Source: Carcharhinus longimanus (lineage: Eukaryota). From it: a DNA stretch of 64,000 nucleotides. Shown piece by piece: positions 12,793 to 25,884 of the stretch. The position numbers and the translations under genes are program-made. The notes under the pieces are model-generated. The model saw nothing but the letters and a program-made list of their open reading frames with translations. It ran no database searches and was not told the origin of the DNA. Position 1 is the first letter of the stretch, and every line of letters begins with the position of its first letter. The DNA lies in contig JASCQW010000156.1 in NCBI GenBank assembly GCA_030264375.1, forward strand, positions 24,969,732 through 25,033,731, given 5' to 3'.

Positions 12793-13225
12793 CTGAAAAT
12801 TAAGAGCAAAAATTACAGCTTTGTTTTCAGTTTTCACTAATTGTGCTGCTCAACAACCTCTTTACCATTTTCCACTATACCAATAAACACGATGATCTTT
12901 AAAGACTTTGTCACTGGTTGGCCTATTATTCTGTACGATGGGATCACGTCAAAAATCAGATCCTCTACTACTACATTATTAGAACTAGACTGAATGCCAC
13001 ATTGCTATATTCACTTCCTACCACCAGAGGCTCTCGGTGATCTAGTGAAAATAAGACTTCCCCAAACCCATCTGACAACTCAGTTAGCCTCCCACACCTT
13101 GAAGCAAGCAACAAAATTCTCTTGAGTTTTTGTTTCCTCAAGGGGTATTCTCTCTCTCCCCCACCCCCACATCTGAACCACAGGCGTATTGGTACTAATA
13201 TAGTATCTAAAATGTAGTACCTATT

Positions 13226-13627
13226 GTATCTGGGATTGTTCTCCCTGGGAAGACAGAGGTTGTGGGGGGGGTTGGGGCGGGCGACCTGATAGAAGTTTAT
13301 AAAATTATGAGGGCCATAGATAGGGTGAACAATTGGAAGCGTCTTCCCAGAGCAGAAATGACAATTACAAGGGGGAACAAGTTCAAGATAAGGAGGGAAA
13401 GGTTCAGTGGAGATGCGCAAGGGAAGTTTTTACACAGAAGGTGGTGAAGGCCTGGAATGCACTACCAAGTGAGATGGTTGAGGCAGTTACATTAGCCACA
13501 TTAAAAGACTTATCTGGATAGACACATGAACATACGGAGAATAGAGGAATACAAGTGGTTGGTCTAGATAGGGCGTGATTGGCACAGGCTTGGAGAGCCT
13601 GTTCCTATGCTGCACTATTCTTTGTTC
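13226..13627 (+). mobile_element. CR1 LINE 3' fragment
   Basis: GDLIEVYKIMRAIDRVN...TRGNKFKIRRERFSGD...FTQKVVKAWNALP, followed by a CR1 tail. Confidence 0.88.
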
Positions 13628-14179
13628 AAGGATGTAATTTATAATTCTCAGTCGCACTCTCTTTACAGATGTTATTGCAAGAATCGAGCTGTTAGGGGAG
13701 GGTGGGGTTGGGAAAATGAAATATTCTAACAATGCTTTTCAGAATCTTCTGTATGCAAATACAGCAAAACCAGACAAGTTGATTGCATCCCATTTTTGGG
13801 CTTGACACCAGATAGTCTCAGATTTCTGGTTTCTGGCAATCCCTCAGAGTTGATGTTGATTTAGATTCTAGAGTATTTTGTTGTTCAGCATCTTGACTAA
13901 TGCTACCAACTTCTCTCCATACTTTTCAACATTCCACTTCTTTTCAAACTACCTATTTTTAAAATAATGATGAACTCTCCTTTAATAAACATTTTCTGTT
14001 AGAAAATTTCACAGTATCCCAAGATGAAGCATTTCCCAACGTTTCCTTTAAATCATAACTGATTATAATGAGCTTGTGTCCTGTTGTTACTGTCCTAGTA
14101 GCTATTGTTAACTTTATCATAGCCCTATTCTTCACAACTTGATTAACTAATGAAAAAAATTGCTCAACTCTCAAGTCTC

Positions 14180-15250
14180 AACATAACTACAAGCCCTCAT
14201 CTCTAGCAGCATTGTGTCAAGTCTGTGCTCCAACTTTTCCACTGCTTATAATAGGGTGTCCCAAAACACCCCAATTGTGGCTTTGCTAAAGTCTCACACA
14301 AGTTCAGTGCAGAAAATTATAGCTAAAGCCTTTCTTCCCAATTTCTCTCAGGATCCAGAGGTATAAGCTATCATGTCAGTAACCTTCCTTGCTTTTTGTA
14401 TCCTAGACCTGAAGGGGGGGGAGCTCTGGTCTGCTTTAAGCCTTTTTAAAAGATTTGTTCATGGCGTTTACTGCCTATAAATGGTATATCCCACATCTCT
14501 AATTACCAGTGTATCTGTGTACCAAAGTCCTTTTGTTCCTCTAATTAAAATAAAAGCAAGTTAAGACTGGTTTCTTCCCAACACATTCTCTTAATATTTT
14601 CTATTTAGATTGCAGATGTGGTTCCATCTGTCCACCCTATTAGTATGTCCTTCTGCAGTCTCTCACAATCTTCACAAGTTACTAACCTCTTACTTTAGAT
14701 TAAATATTGATATTATCTCCCCCAGTTCCTATCCATTCCAGATCATTTGTGAGATACCAATAAACGAGAATGCTTTATTTATCTTCAGCATTGCTTCAAA
14801 AAAAAAATTCTATAAAGGTGACCAAGTATGACTCGCCACGAGTCCATGCTGAAGAGCCCCAATTAGAAAATCTCACTCCTTTCTACAGCTTCTCAGTTCA
14901 ACTAAGTACAAGTAATAATTTTCTCAGTTATCTAGGTCTTTATTTTTAAAAAAATGTGATGAGTATGTCACACAGTAGCAAGGAAAATTATAGCTAAAGC
15001 CTTTATTTCTTCTCCAACTTCTCTCAGGATCCAGAGGTGTAAACCATTATGTCAGTAATTTGTTTCATTTCAGCTCGAATAATTTCTTTAGTACCATAGC
15101 ATTTTGAACAATGACCGCCACTAACTTTTATCTGCCTGATTTGGTAGTTCTCAATGTGATCTTCATTTATGGACTACGTAAATGAAAATCGAGGCCAAAC
15201 ATTTATCCAGTTTGGCTACCATTGTCTCAAACTCAGCTCCATATCTAACA
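14180..15250 (-). mobile_element. Highly degraded CR1 ORF2 fragments
   Basis: The reverse strand reads GLHLWILREVGEEIKALAIIF-like (CR1 ORF2 motif) at ~14985-15050, with a related copy at ~14312-14375. Confidence 0.5.
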
Positions 15251-16203
15251 GCCCTTTCCTGGTTTTGGCTATCTTCCTGCTAATAAATTATTGACAAAGG
15301 GCCTTTTTACTCCCTATGCTTCTTGCTCTATTTTCTCCAAAAATCCTTTTTATTGGACTTTATAATTTTGTAGGTTAATATTTATCTTGACGTTGTCTAA
15401 TATCTGCTCTGTAAATAAATTTTAAAAGTCGCTATAACTAAAAAGGTATATCTGAGTACATTAAAACCTTTTGACAATATTCACAGGGAATGTGTCAAAA
15501 TAGTTTACTTTCTTTCAGGCAAGTGAACATGGTAAGTCAATTTAAAACTATTCTTCATTTGGAACACAATTTCACTACTGAAAATGGCATCTGCAGCCAA
15601 ACTAATTTGTTCACAATTAAATTTTAAGGGCCTTGTTACGTTCAATATACAAAGAAAAACAACGAAGAACCCAAGAGTTTACCACATGTTTGAAGACATT
15701 GCTGCTGGTTTTAACAAGAGGCTGAAGTAGGTGCAGTACACATGCACAGTCAATCTCCAGATTTCAGCAAAACAAAATTAGAAACATTTATTTTTCCAAT
15801 ATTTACATTAAGGTACCTAAATTAATTGTTAATTATTGACAATTCTTTACACAATTCTCAAAGTTTGCAGCTTCACCCAAATTTAGCACGACTCTACTTC
15901 TCCCACCCCAACGTTCCAAATTCTCTAAAGCAACATGGCCGCACCTCTCAGTATATATTTCAGATGAAGAAGTGACCTTGTGTTGATTACTTAAACCAGT
16001 TCATGTGCAATCCTCCTGTAAATTAGACTGGAAGCAGTAAGATATGGAAGAAAAATAACCCCTCTTCCTAATATTAAAGTTAAAGATTCCTTTCTTTATA
16101 AAGAAGCTTATGACTTAACTGTTGCAACAAGGAAGTTAGGGCAGACATGATTTGAATAGTTTGTCAACATTTTAAGAGGATTAGATGAGCTTTTATGATT
16201 TAC

Positions 16204-19200
16204 CTGAAGATCCTCTGAAGATGATCCCTGGTTCTCCTGATCATCTTCCAACTCGCTATCGTTGCTGTCAGTGGCTGCAGGGGCCCCACTTCTGGTAACA
16301 GCACCTGCTCGAGTTTCCTTGGTTTTTCCCATGTACTTTTCTGATCTTTTTTGCTTCATTACATTTGTTTTCCTCTGCCAAACCACTTTCTTATTCTTCA
16401 TTCGGAGGTACAGCCTCGGCGAATTCAAGCCAGATGACCGTTGCCTGGGATCAGATTTTAGCCTCTTGCCCTCTGCTGGTGACAATTTTGCTGATCTTAT
16501 TGGACTCGTGGTTCTGGAAACAACAGGCGACGCGCTCGGCTTCTTTGATTTTACTGGAGGTACTGATCTCATTCGCTGCTGCAACCTTGGTGCTGAAGAA
16601 ACAGACTCAGCTTGCAAGGGTCCCAACATTCTTCCTCTCCTTTTTCCCAAAAGAACGGGTGTACTTTGCAGCTTGATTTCAGTGTCGGCTGTCCTCCTGC
16701 GTTGGCCACCTCCCTTTTCACTGCTGGCAGGAGATTGGGAACTAGACACTTTTGCAGGTGGGGATGCCGGTTTCTTGGGACAACTGTACGTAACGTGTTT
16801 GTTCAGGCTGCCTAGGTAGGTGAATTCTTTCTCGCAGTAAGGACAATTGTGGCTTTCTGAGCTCCTGCTTTTCAATATAGCCTTCTCTTTGGCAGATGAT
16901 CGGTTCTTCTGCGAGATTGCCTTCTGCACCAATTTGTTCTTTTTATTCTTCAGAGCATTCATTTTGATCTTACTCATTGTCACTTTTGGCTTTGTCTCAG
17001 TTTCAAAATTCAGCCTTTTTGGTTGCCCCATTCTCCGGATGGTGTTCTGCCTGACTGGCTCTGCAGCAATTGCCCCATTTTTCTTCCACACTTTCTTTTT
17101 CAGTGGGACTGCATTCTTCTTTGGGGTGTAGCGTTTCTTGTCACTGGCAGACGCACAAGCCAGTATATGCTTGTGCAGTGCTGGCATATTATCAAAGCTC
17201 TTGCCGCATTTTGTACAGTGGATGGCTGTGCTAAAGGTTTGAGGGATATTGTGCGTGGTAAAATTTACAGCCGTTTGCACTGTACTGGCAGAATTACGGT
17301 TATGATATTGAAATGGAGGCGGCTTAAAGCTAGGGTAGCGTTGATTGAGACCCATACGGACATCGGGGCCTTTCGGCTTTATCCCAGATGCCATTACCTT
17401 TATTGTAGTATACAGTTCCTCTGTTAAGTCATTAGAGTCGTCATCATCATCCTCCTCCTCCTCCTGAGGCGGCAATGTAGAACTTTCTCCTAGAGACTGT
17501 ATTGGACAGTTGGTGGCTTTGTCTGGATCGGTGAAATTCTGCGGCCTCAGCATGCCATTTTCCAGCTCTATGTGTGTGCACTGATGGTCAGGATGCAAGT
17601 CACGCTGATGATGCTGTAAATTGCAAAGAAACGCAAATTCTTTCTTGCAGACCGAGCATACGAAAATCTTGCCCACCCCATGCAAAGATGACCGGTGCTC
17701 AGACAGCGCACTGGTCTCTTTGAAAAGCTGTACACAAAACTCACATTTGAAGGGCCATTCTTCGGCATGAATCAACAAATGCTGGGTAAGATCCTTGATG
17801 GAAAGGAAAGGAGTTTCACAGACGTTGCACTGAAAGCTCTTGCTGAATGTTGTTTCAGGTTTCTCCTCCTGTACTGGAGGCTCAGGATTTTCTGCACTTT
17901 CCTGATCATTAACAGAGCCTTCAATGAGCATGTCTTGGGGAGATTCCGGCTCAATTGTGGGTGGAAGAATGCTGTTAGTTTCTTGTTCGCTATCTGTGTC
18001 TGGATAGCCGTCATCTTTAATTTCTTCCTTAATGTTTATGCTAACTGGTGACAAAGCAGGAGTAACTGACTGTAAAACTTGGGTCACTGACTCTGGAAGG
18101 GGTGAAGGTACGGAGAGAACGGGAGGTGGGGGAGAAGGAGCAGGGGTTGTTACCAGAGTTGGGGCTGTGTCAGGAAGTTGTGATGCCTCCACCTCGAGAC
18201 AAGGCTGAGGACTGCTGTCTGAATCTTGTTTATCAACCATCGTTAGATCTGTGCCATTGTATTCATTCATAAGTACCTTCTCTAACATAGAGGTTGTGGG
18301 TTTCTTCTTTTTAATGCTGCATGAGGCTGGAGTACCAACTGCCCCCATTTCCTCTTTGACTTCATTGTCACTGCACAATTTCTTATGCAAACTCAAGTCT
18401 AAGATAGCTACCCCAGGGCTTTCCAGTTCCATTTTAATATCAGGCTGTAGTTTGATGCCACTAGATAGATCCAGAGGCTGATGGGTGCAAGGAGGCCGGC
18501 TTGGTGCATATTCCTTGGAAGCTGTTATTTTGCACATTTCAAGGCTCATTGGACTGAGTGTTTCATCTCGGCTGGAGAGACTCCACGCAGGTGAACTGCT
18601 CTGACTTTCAATTTTTGGTGCTTTTAGTCCAGGTAAGCTTTCACTCCAAATGCGAAAGTCAGTGTCCTTTCCTGTGCTGCTCAGTGCTGGACTATGCTGT
18701 GGAGAGTTTGGCGGTGAACTTGTTCTCCTCTTGAATCGGCTAAATCCCATTGTCGTTGCCGTTGATGTTGAAGGACCAACTGAACTATCTGGAAACAAAG
18801 CTGGCCTGGACGAATTATTTTCCTGTATCTGAAGAAGCTGCTTAAGTTTTGAAGATAAGGTATTTTTCTCCTGATGTCCACTTAAACTGTTCGTGACCTG
18901 ACCAGGAAGAGAGAGACCACAAAATGAGGAGACAACTGGTGGTACAGTTTCAGCACCTAGCTCAGTTTTAGTCTTCGGAAATGGAGGAGGACTGGTGGTT
19001 CGCCTCCTTTTAGGACCTTTCAAATCACTATCCATTGGTTCCTTTAAAAGAGAGAGTGTTACTGGAACTTGTGTTGTCATTTTAAGGTTCTGAGGAGACT
19101 CATCAGTCACTGGATATAGCACTGAAGGCAATCCATATGGATTTGTGCAAGCAGTGTCAACCTCAATCACCTCACAATTGCTGGTGTTGTTGTTTGACTC

Positions 19201-20138
19201 AATTTTGCCATCAATATAGAAGTTCAAATTTTCAGAGATGTTACTGGAAACATCCATGATGAATGCCTGACAATCATCAGTCTCATCTTCCTCCTCCTCA
19301 TCCTCTTCATCTTCAGTTTCTGTGCTTGCAATGTGAAGTCCAGCAGAAACCCGGATTTGATCGGATGATAAATCCTGCTCCTCTCCAGAGCCCTTACGTC
19401 GCATTCTAATGCCCTTAGCCAAGAGGTGACGTTCATGGATACGGCGTTGGTGTCGACGTAAGTTTGTGTAAGAACCAAAGGTTTTTTTGCACAGTTTGCA
19501 TGGGTGCTGAATTTTTGATTCACAGCTCTTTATGAGAGGACTTTCTAGATTTGGGGCTGTTGCCATAGAATCAGTTTTCTTATAATTTTCTAGAGCTATA
19601 GGATTTTCTAGTCGAGTTGAAGAATTAACACTGATATCAATTGCTGCTTTATCAAAATCAAAATCATCCTTTTGGTGCTGTGCAGCTATGTGCATTTTCA
19701 AGGTAGGCTTTTTCTTAGGGCCAGCCTCATGGCGTCGTTCATGGCGCCTCATGTTGATGTGGGTGCCAAAGGCTTTACCGCAATACCTGCATTTAAAAGT
19801 GAATCCTTCTGTGGATATGTGGATATGTTGGTGACGTTCCAAGCCCTGCTTTGTGGTAAACCTGCGTTCACAATTTTTACAGGGAAACATGTGGGTTTCT
19901 TCAATGTCTCCCATTCCATTCTGATCTCCTTTTGATTTCTGCTTTAGGGATTTAACAGAAATTTTCTTTCTGGGCAGACTCTCAATAGAGTTGCTTTCTT
20001 CAGGCATTGCTTCTGCCTCAAAAGACATTTGTGGATTCTTCAGTTGAGGAAGAACCTTCTGTGTAACAATTCGATGTACCACTACTCTCTGTTCTGGCAA
20101 ATGGGCTGGTAAGCCACAAGGTTCATCCTTCTCTGAAA
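16204..20138 (-). CDS. PRDM2: PRDM2 large exon: eight C2H2/C2HC zinc fingers, PLDLS motif, Pro-rich and acidic tracts (human exon 8 equivalent)
   Basis: Corresponds to ORF 16108..20100 extended upstream in frame to acceptor ttcttttaattag (exon start 20138, phase 1); donor CTTCAG|gtaaat at 16204 (phase 0). Fingers: FPCKNCERRF, FKCRYCGKAF, HPCKLCKKTF, FQCNVCETPF, FKCEFCVQLF, FVCSVCKKEF, IHCTKCGKSF, HNCPYCEKEF. PRDM2 hallmarks: LRPQNFTDP, NFTTHNIPQTFSTAI, SASDKKRYTPKKN. Confidence 0.97.
18463..18477 (-). other. PLDLS CtBP-binding motif within PRDM2
   Basis: CCT CTG GAT CTA TCT in frame. PxDLS is the established CtBP-recruitment motif; a related ILDLS follows. Confidence 0.8.
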
Positions 20139-20334
20139 CTAATTAAAAGAATAAAATTATTACAAAGCAAGACTCATATTATCACTTTAGCATGTATTAT
20201 TTCCCTCTCTGCCCCGTTACATATGCAGTTAGCATTCAATTCTGGCAAAACTGAACAAAGAAAACTAGCCAATGTGATAAATTACATTTGAGAGCTGATA
20301 GGTAGAGTGATTTCTGCACTTGGGTGTTCACATT

Positions 20335-21150
20335 ATCACAGGTATCTATGACACAGGCCCATTGGTCCAAGCCAGTTCTCTGCAAGAACAACTCTGCTGG
20401 CTCTCCCTCTCTCGCCATAGCCTTATAAATATTCTCTCCAAGTGTTTATCCAATTCCTTTTTAAATAGCCCTGATTGTGGTAAAGGCAGAAACATTCATG
20501 TTGTGCATTTCAGATACTCATCATTCACTGTGTAAAAACAATTTTCCTCATGTTGCCTTTCATTCTTTTGCCAATCACCTCAATGTCCTCTGGTACTTGA
20601 CTGTTTTCTAATGAGAACATTTTCTCTCTCTATACTCTGTTTAGACTCAAGATTTTGAGCAGCTCTATCAAATCTCATTCAACCTTTTCCAAGGAGAACA
20701 ATGTAGTTTCTCTGATCTATCCATCAAACTGAAGTTCCTCATCCCTAGAGACATCCTCGCAAATCTTTTTTGCATCTTCTTTAATGACTTCACATCCTTC
20801 CCGAAATACGGTGCCTAGAATTTGACAAGTTTTATATAGGTTCATTAAATGTTGTTGCTTTTATATTCTACCCATCTATTTATAAAACCCATGATCTGGA
20901 ATGCCCTTTTCCCACTTTTCCAACCTGCCCTGCTGCCTTCAATGATATGCACAGATGTACCCCAGGTCTCAGTTCCTGTATCCCTTTAAAATTGTATTTT
21001 TCCTCTCAAGTTTTGTGTCATCTGTAAATTATGAAATTGCGCCCTCTGCGCCCAAGTCTAGGTCATTAATATATATTATGTCAAGAAAAGCAGTACTCCT
21101 AGTACCAGCCCCTGGGAAACACTTTTTCCATACTCAAAAACAACTGGTCA
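20335..21150 (-). mobile_element. Old CR1 LINE fragment
   Basis: Reverse tail (ACAGGCCCATTGGTCCAAGCC) and reverse RT motifs (TTTGTGTCATCTGTAAATT, CCTAGTACCAGCCCCTGGG). Confidence 0.7.
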
Positions 21151-22161
21151 CTTTCGAGAGAACCTTTCAAAATTAGGCACCACTTGTGAGCAACAAGAGG
21201 GTGGAAACATATAGAAAAATGCTGGGACTAGAGATGCAGCAGGGTGGAGACAAAATAATTGATGCAAATACTGTCATGATAATTTCAGGAAATTATGGTA
21301 GCATAATTTCTGTGCTATCCCCAAGTGAACTTTAATTATAGTAATGCATCCTAATCACTAGACATGTCCGTAGTATGTACCCAGTGGAGGAGAGAGAGAA
21401 AAAAAAACAAATGGATTGCACGAGAGGGTGAGTAGGGAGGAAAAAAAAAATGAGAGCAGTATAATGTGAAAAAAACTTGTATTCCTTTCTTTAAAGCATC
21501 CCACAACTACACTTATGGATCTTCATAGTTAACCCAACAGTCTCAAGTTTCTTCTGTGTTCAAACCGACTTATCCATAACAGATCAAGTTTTTCTTCCTG
21601 ACAATGAATCAAATTTTATTTTTGGATCAGAGAATTAATTTCCCACAATTTTCAACTTGTATTAATCTAAGAGAATGTGTGGAAGAGAACTCATGTGCCC
21701 TGAACACCATTTCAAAAACAAAGTTAAGTAAACGGGATACAAATTAGCAAAAGGCATATTCGGAACATATATCAGGAAATGCTCCTTCACACAAAGGCTG
21801 ATCAATATCGGGGGGAATCTAGAGGCAGGGCTGTGCAGAAACACAAAAGGAGTTACAGGATATAATAGGGGCAATAAATGTTTGTGGAATGAGGGACAGA
21901 CTAGATCAGCCAAATGTCCTTCTTGATCTATGTTAACCTCTAGATAATTAGGTGCCAGCAAATACGTAATTAATGAAAAGCGCATTTGGGTCAGATGTGA
22001 GAAAGAGAATTTCTACATATAATTATTCTAAACATTCAAAAATCCTAACAGAGTCACAGGCTTTGAGCTGTTCAATACAGAGTTAGATTGCGAGCTGATG
22101 ATTTAGAACATTAAGAGGAGCTTTGATGGTCAAATGGCCTTCTCTCAGCCCTTCTTAATTT

Positions 22162-22198
22162 ACTACTACAACTACTACAACTACTACAACTACTACAA
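22162..22198 (+). repeat. Short tandem repeat (ACTACTACA)x4
   Basis: Read directly from the sequence. Confidence 0.9.
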
Positions 22199-25100
22199 CC
22201 ACCTAATTTAATTAATTATACTAATTTAGATTGGTAACCTCAGAACGCACAGCATTGTTTTAGGACATGGTGGTTCTTTCCCAATTAATACATTATCTCA
22301 TATTGTAAATCAGAGATCACAGCAAAGAATCATGATACTGCAATGAAGAATTTAATGATCATATTTATTCCTCTCGGTGTCTTAGCCCTTTTCCATACCC
22401 ACAGGACTTGGTTGACTCTTGCAGAACTACAGCACACAAATCTGGTGTTGTAGACTGTTGAATGAAAAATATTTGACTTGGTTAACCAAATTGTTTTAGC
22501 CAAGCATGACCACTGTAAAGGAGCCCTGTTAATCGTTGCTTATTTTTGGACTTCAAAGGTGATCCAGGGTTGCACATCTGAAGCATTGGTTAACACTGCC
22601 AAGCTTTGTTTTGCCTTATAGATGTTACAAATTGGAAAACAAAGGAACGATGTGTTTATTCCATGAGTGATGTCCCAGAACTCATGAGCAAATAGGATCA
22701 GTATTGAGATAATCTTTCAGCCTTTGAAATCAGGCAGCAATTCTGGTGGGCAGAGAGAGGGGGGAAAAATATAACAGAAATATGTTTGGACTGAAAGCAA
22801 CATAAAAAGAGTGGAGGCAAATGCACCAAATGAAATGCTGTCATGATGATTTCAGCACATTGCTGTTCAACTAGGGATCACCCAGAGCTTCTGCTGCTGC
22901 AATTATTGTAACGCGATTTTATATTTTGTCATTCTAGGCTCCATATCTGGAATGAGTTAACACTACAGTGCAAGGGGCATAAAAACTGTTGCTGAAACTA
23001 GCAGTAAGAGTAATTTGAAACATTACTATTAGAGCACTGACTTGTGTACAATTCTTCTCCAGCTTCATGGTTGCAATACATTAAAACTCATCTAGGAACA
23101 ACACAGGGTGCCCATGTTGTCAGGTTTTACATGGTGTGTGTTAAGACCAGAAGAAATACCTCAATGTCGTGGTGACTTCCAACCTTTTGGCCAATTTGAG
23201 ATCTAACCCAGATTCTGAGCAATGGAAAACACAAGTTGAAAGTAACAAATATATTTAAAATAAACAGAAGGAAAAGAGAACCTGTAAAGCAGCCTACAAT
23301 TCATTTGCTAACCCCCCACCCATGTCCCTTTGAATTACCAGGATCAATTCCACTGATCTTCCAATAACATCTATCTGAGATTATGCAGCATTTCAGGTAA
23401 ATATGATTCCCTTTCAAACACTACAGGACTACCTAATTACTTTAGGGAGTATAATGAGGAAGTGACTGGGTCACCGGAACAGTTATTGTGATATTATGAA
23501 GCAATTAATTTACTGCAAGTTAGAACCAATCCAAAAGCTTGCTCAAAGTATCAGCGTTTTGATTCATAAATACTACAACATATTTTAAACCTGTACCAAG
23601 AAGACAAACTACATTATAGATAGCATAAACTTCAAAAATGTAATGTAAAAAAGGACAGCCTCAACTTATGCTGACAATCTTAGAAGGGAAATAGGATAAA
23701 AGGTCCTAGGGTCTGTACTAAGTTAGCAGATGTCAGTCAAACCATCATTTGGACTCAAATTCCTAGGGTATGGAGGATTAAAAAAGTTAGCTGCAACTCT
23801 TGCTGCTGTTCTCTTTCCAGTGACTGCTAGTAAAATGTGTAGACACAGGGCAAGGACTCCATTAAACTTGTCTGCGATATCCTCCACAATCTAATAGACT
23901 GGTGACACTGACTACACATGCCATTTGAGAGTTACTGGATTGTTGCTGACACCAATGGAACCATACCCCAGTTAAGGCCTACTGCTTTCAGTACAAGGGA
24001 GGAAGTTAAAAATCTTGCCTTTTGTCATTGCACAATGCTTGCCAAATAAAATTGGGTAGAAGATAAACAGTGAAGTACGACTTGTTCTCAAACACTACTA
24101 TTGTAATACCGTTTCTCTCAAATCTAACTGATCCTAATAGTCATGCCTGTTCTCAAAACTCATGACTGGTATTACTCGATCTATTTTCCAACAATTGCAG
24201 CGAAAATACTATGAACGAAGCGACAATTAATACTGCCCCAGTATGAGTAAAATGAAACTACTTTTCAGATACAAATAACCTGTAAAAGGAGTTAATCTAA
24301 CAAGAGTTTACCTTTGCCCGATTGAACCAATAAGCAATCCAGATAAGTTAACAATCTTAACAAAAGGGTCAAAGGTCACCTTTGCACTGCTCTAAAATTT
24401 AACACCTACTAAAAAGCAGACATTTCAATTTATCTCGGAAATCAAAATCACTTTGTATCATTGAAATACGTGCCAGTGGCAAGGAAGTTTATTTTAATCC
24501 CACTTCTTTTTTTAAAACCCCATATAATACATATAAATACTTATCCAATTCCATTTTGAATCTTATAGTATCTGCTTCCAAATGCTAGTTGCAGGAAAGC
24601 AATCCATATTCTAACAACCTTCACTAATTATTTTTCTTATGATCTTCCAGTGTTAACCACTCTCTGACCTGGTTGCCAATTCACCAACCAATGAGGAGAT
24701 TTTTCACCGTTTACTGCAACACATTTATAATTGAAAATCTCTAATTGTCTGCCACCGAACATGTCAGTCACTTTTTGCTGTACCCTTTTTCCAGAGCTCC
24801 AACTGAGGCCACTGCTTCATGCAATACTCCCAGCTAAGGTCTAAATAATGAATCAAACAAATTCAAAAATCAACCTCTTGCTTTTATACTCAACACACCT
24901 ACATAGAGAAAAGTTCTACTTGCCTTTTTATGGCTTTTCTGTTTGCACTCCACCCAAGGTTCTGTGCATTTGTATCCCAAGATATTGTCATTCTTTCACA
25001 CTCTTAAAATGTAGGGTGTGATCTAACGGGCCCATTAGTCATGGGCACAAATCCCATAGTGGCCATTAAATCACGTGAGCGGCCAAAAACAGGGCTCCCA

Positions 25101-25301
25101 CTGACGAAAGCTTGATTTCAGATGTTCCCTGCTCCCCGCTCCCCATTGCCAGCAGCGATGTAATTAAATCCACTGGGACATGAACCCGATTTCCACTGAA
25201 TTAAATAAATATTTTATAATTAATGGGCTTGTCAGTGGGTTTCTCTTATGTGTGGTGATGGGTTGGGGAGTGGGACTTGAGCGCAACTTTCAGATTGGGA
25301 T

Positions 25302-25884
25302 AAAAGCAAATCATTACGGATGCTGGAATCTGAAACCAAGAGAGAAAATGCTGGAAAATTTCAGCAGGTCTGGCAGCTTCTGTAAGGATTTGATTTGATT
25401 TATTATTGTCACGTGTATTAGCATACAGTGAAAAGTACTGTTTCTTGCATGCTATTCAGACAAAATATACCATTCATTGCGGAAACAAGAGTGCAGAATG
25501 TAGTATTACAGTCATAGCTAGGGTGTAGAGAAAGATCAGCTTAATGCAAAGTATGTCCATTCATAAGTGTGACAGCAGCAGGGAAAAAGCTGTTCTTGAC
25601 TTGGGTTGGTACTTATCTCAGACTTCTGTATTTTTTTCCCCCCGACAGAAGAAGGTGGAAGAAAGAATATCTGGGGTACATGGGATTCTTAATTATGCTG
25701 GCTGCTTTGCCAAGGCAGCAGAAAGTATAGATGGAGTCAATGGATGGGAAGCTGGTTTGACAAAAGCTTTTGCCTTCGCTTTGACAAAGGATCATCTGGA
25801 CTCGAAACATCAGCTCTTTTCTCTCTTTACAGATGCAGCCAGACCTACTGAGATTTTCCAGCACTTTTCTCTGTGTTTCAGATT
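25302..25884. mobile_element. Penelope-derived palindromic element (interrupted)
   Basis: Left arm 25302-25386 and right arm ~25780-25884 are inverted repeats, flanked by the direct repeat TTTCAGATTGGGAT. Confidence 0.75.
25387..25759 (-). mobile_element. Rex1/Babar-like LINE 3' end
   Basis: (GATTT)n tail followed by TATTATTGTCACGTGTATTAGCATACAGTG. It is the reverse complement of 30901-31058, and the minus strand encodes SIDSIYTFCCLGKAASIIKNP..P.YSFF.LL.SG.KYRSL. Confidence 0.75.

Noticed and set aside
14312-15058. ~70-bp segment present twice in the last intron
   Set aside because: Both copies translate on the minus strand as a CR1 ORF2 motif, so they are degraded LINE pieces rather than a novel element.
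16262-19935. Plus-strand and alternate-frame ORFs (up to 185 aa) over the large exon
   Set aside because: Shadows of the PRDM2 coding sequence, with no recognisable domains.
16108-20100. Treating the 1330-aa ORF as a complete intronless gene
   Set aside because: Its start is a TTG inside an internal exon, and canonical splice sites and upstream PR exons are present.
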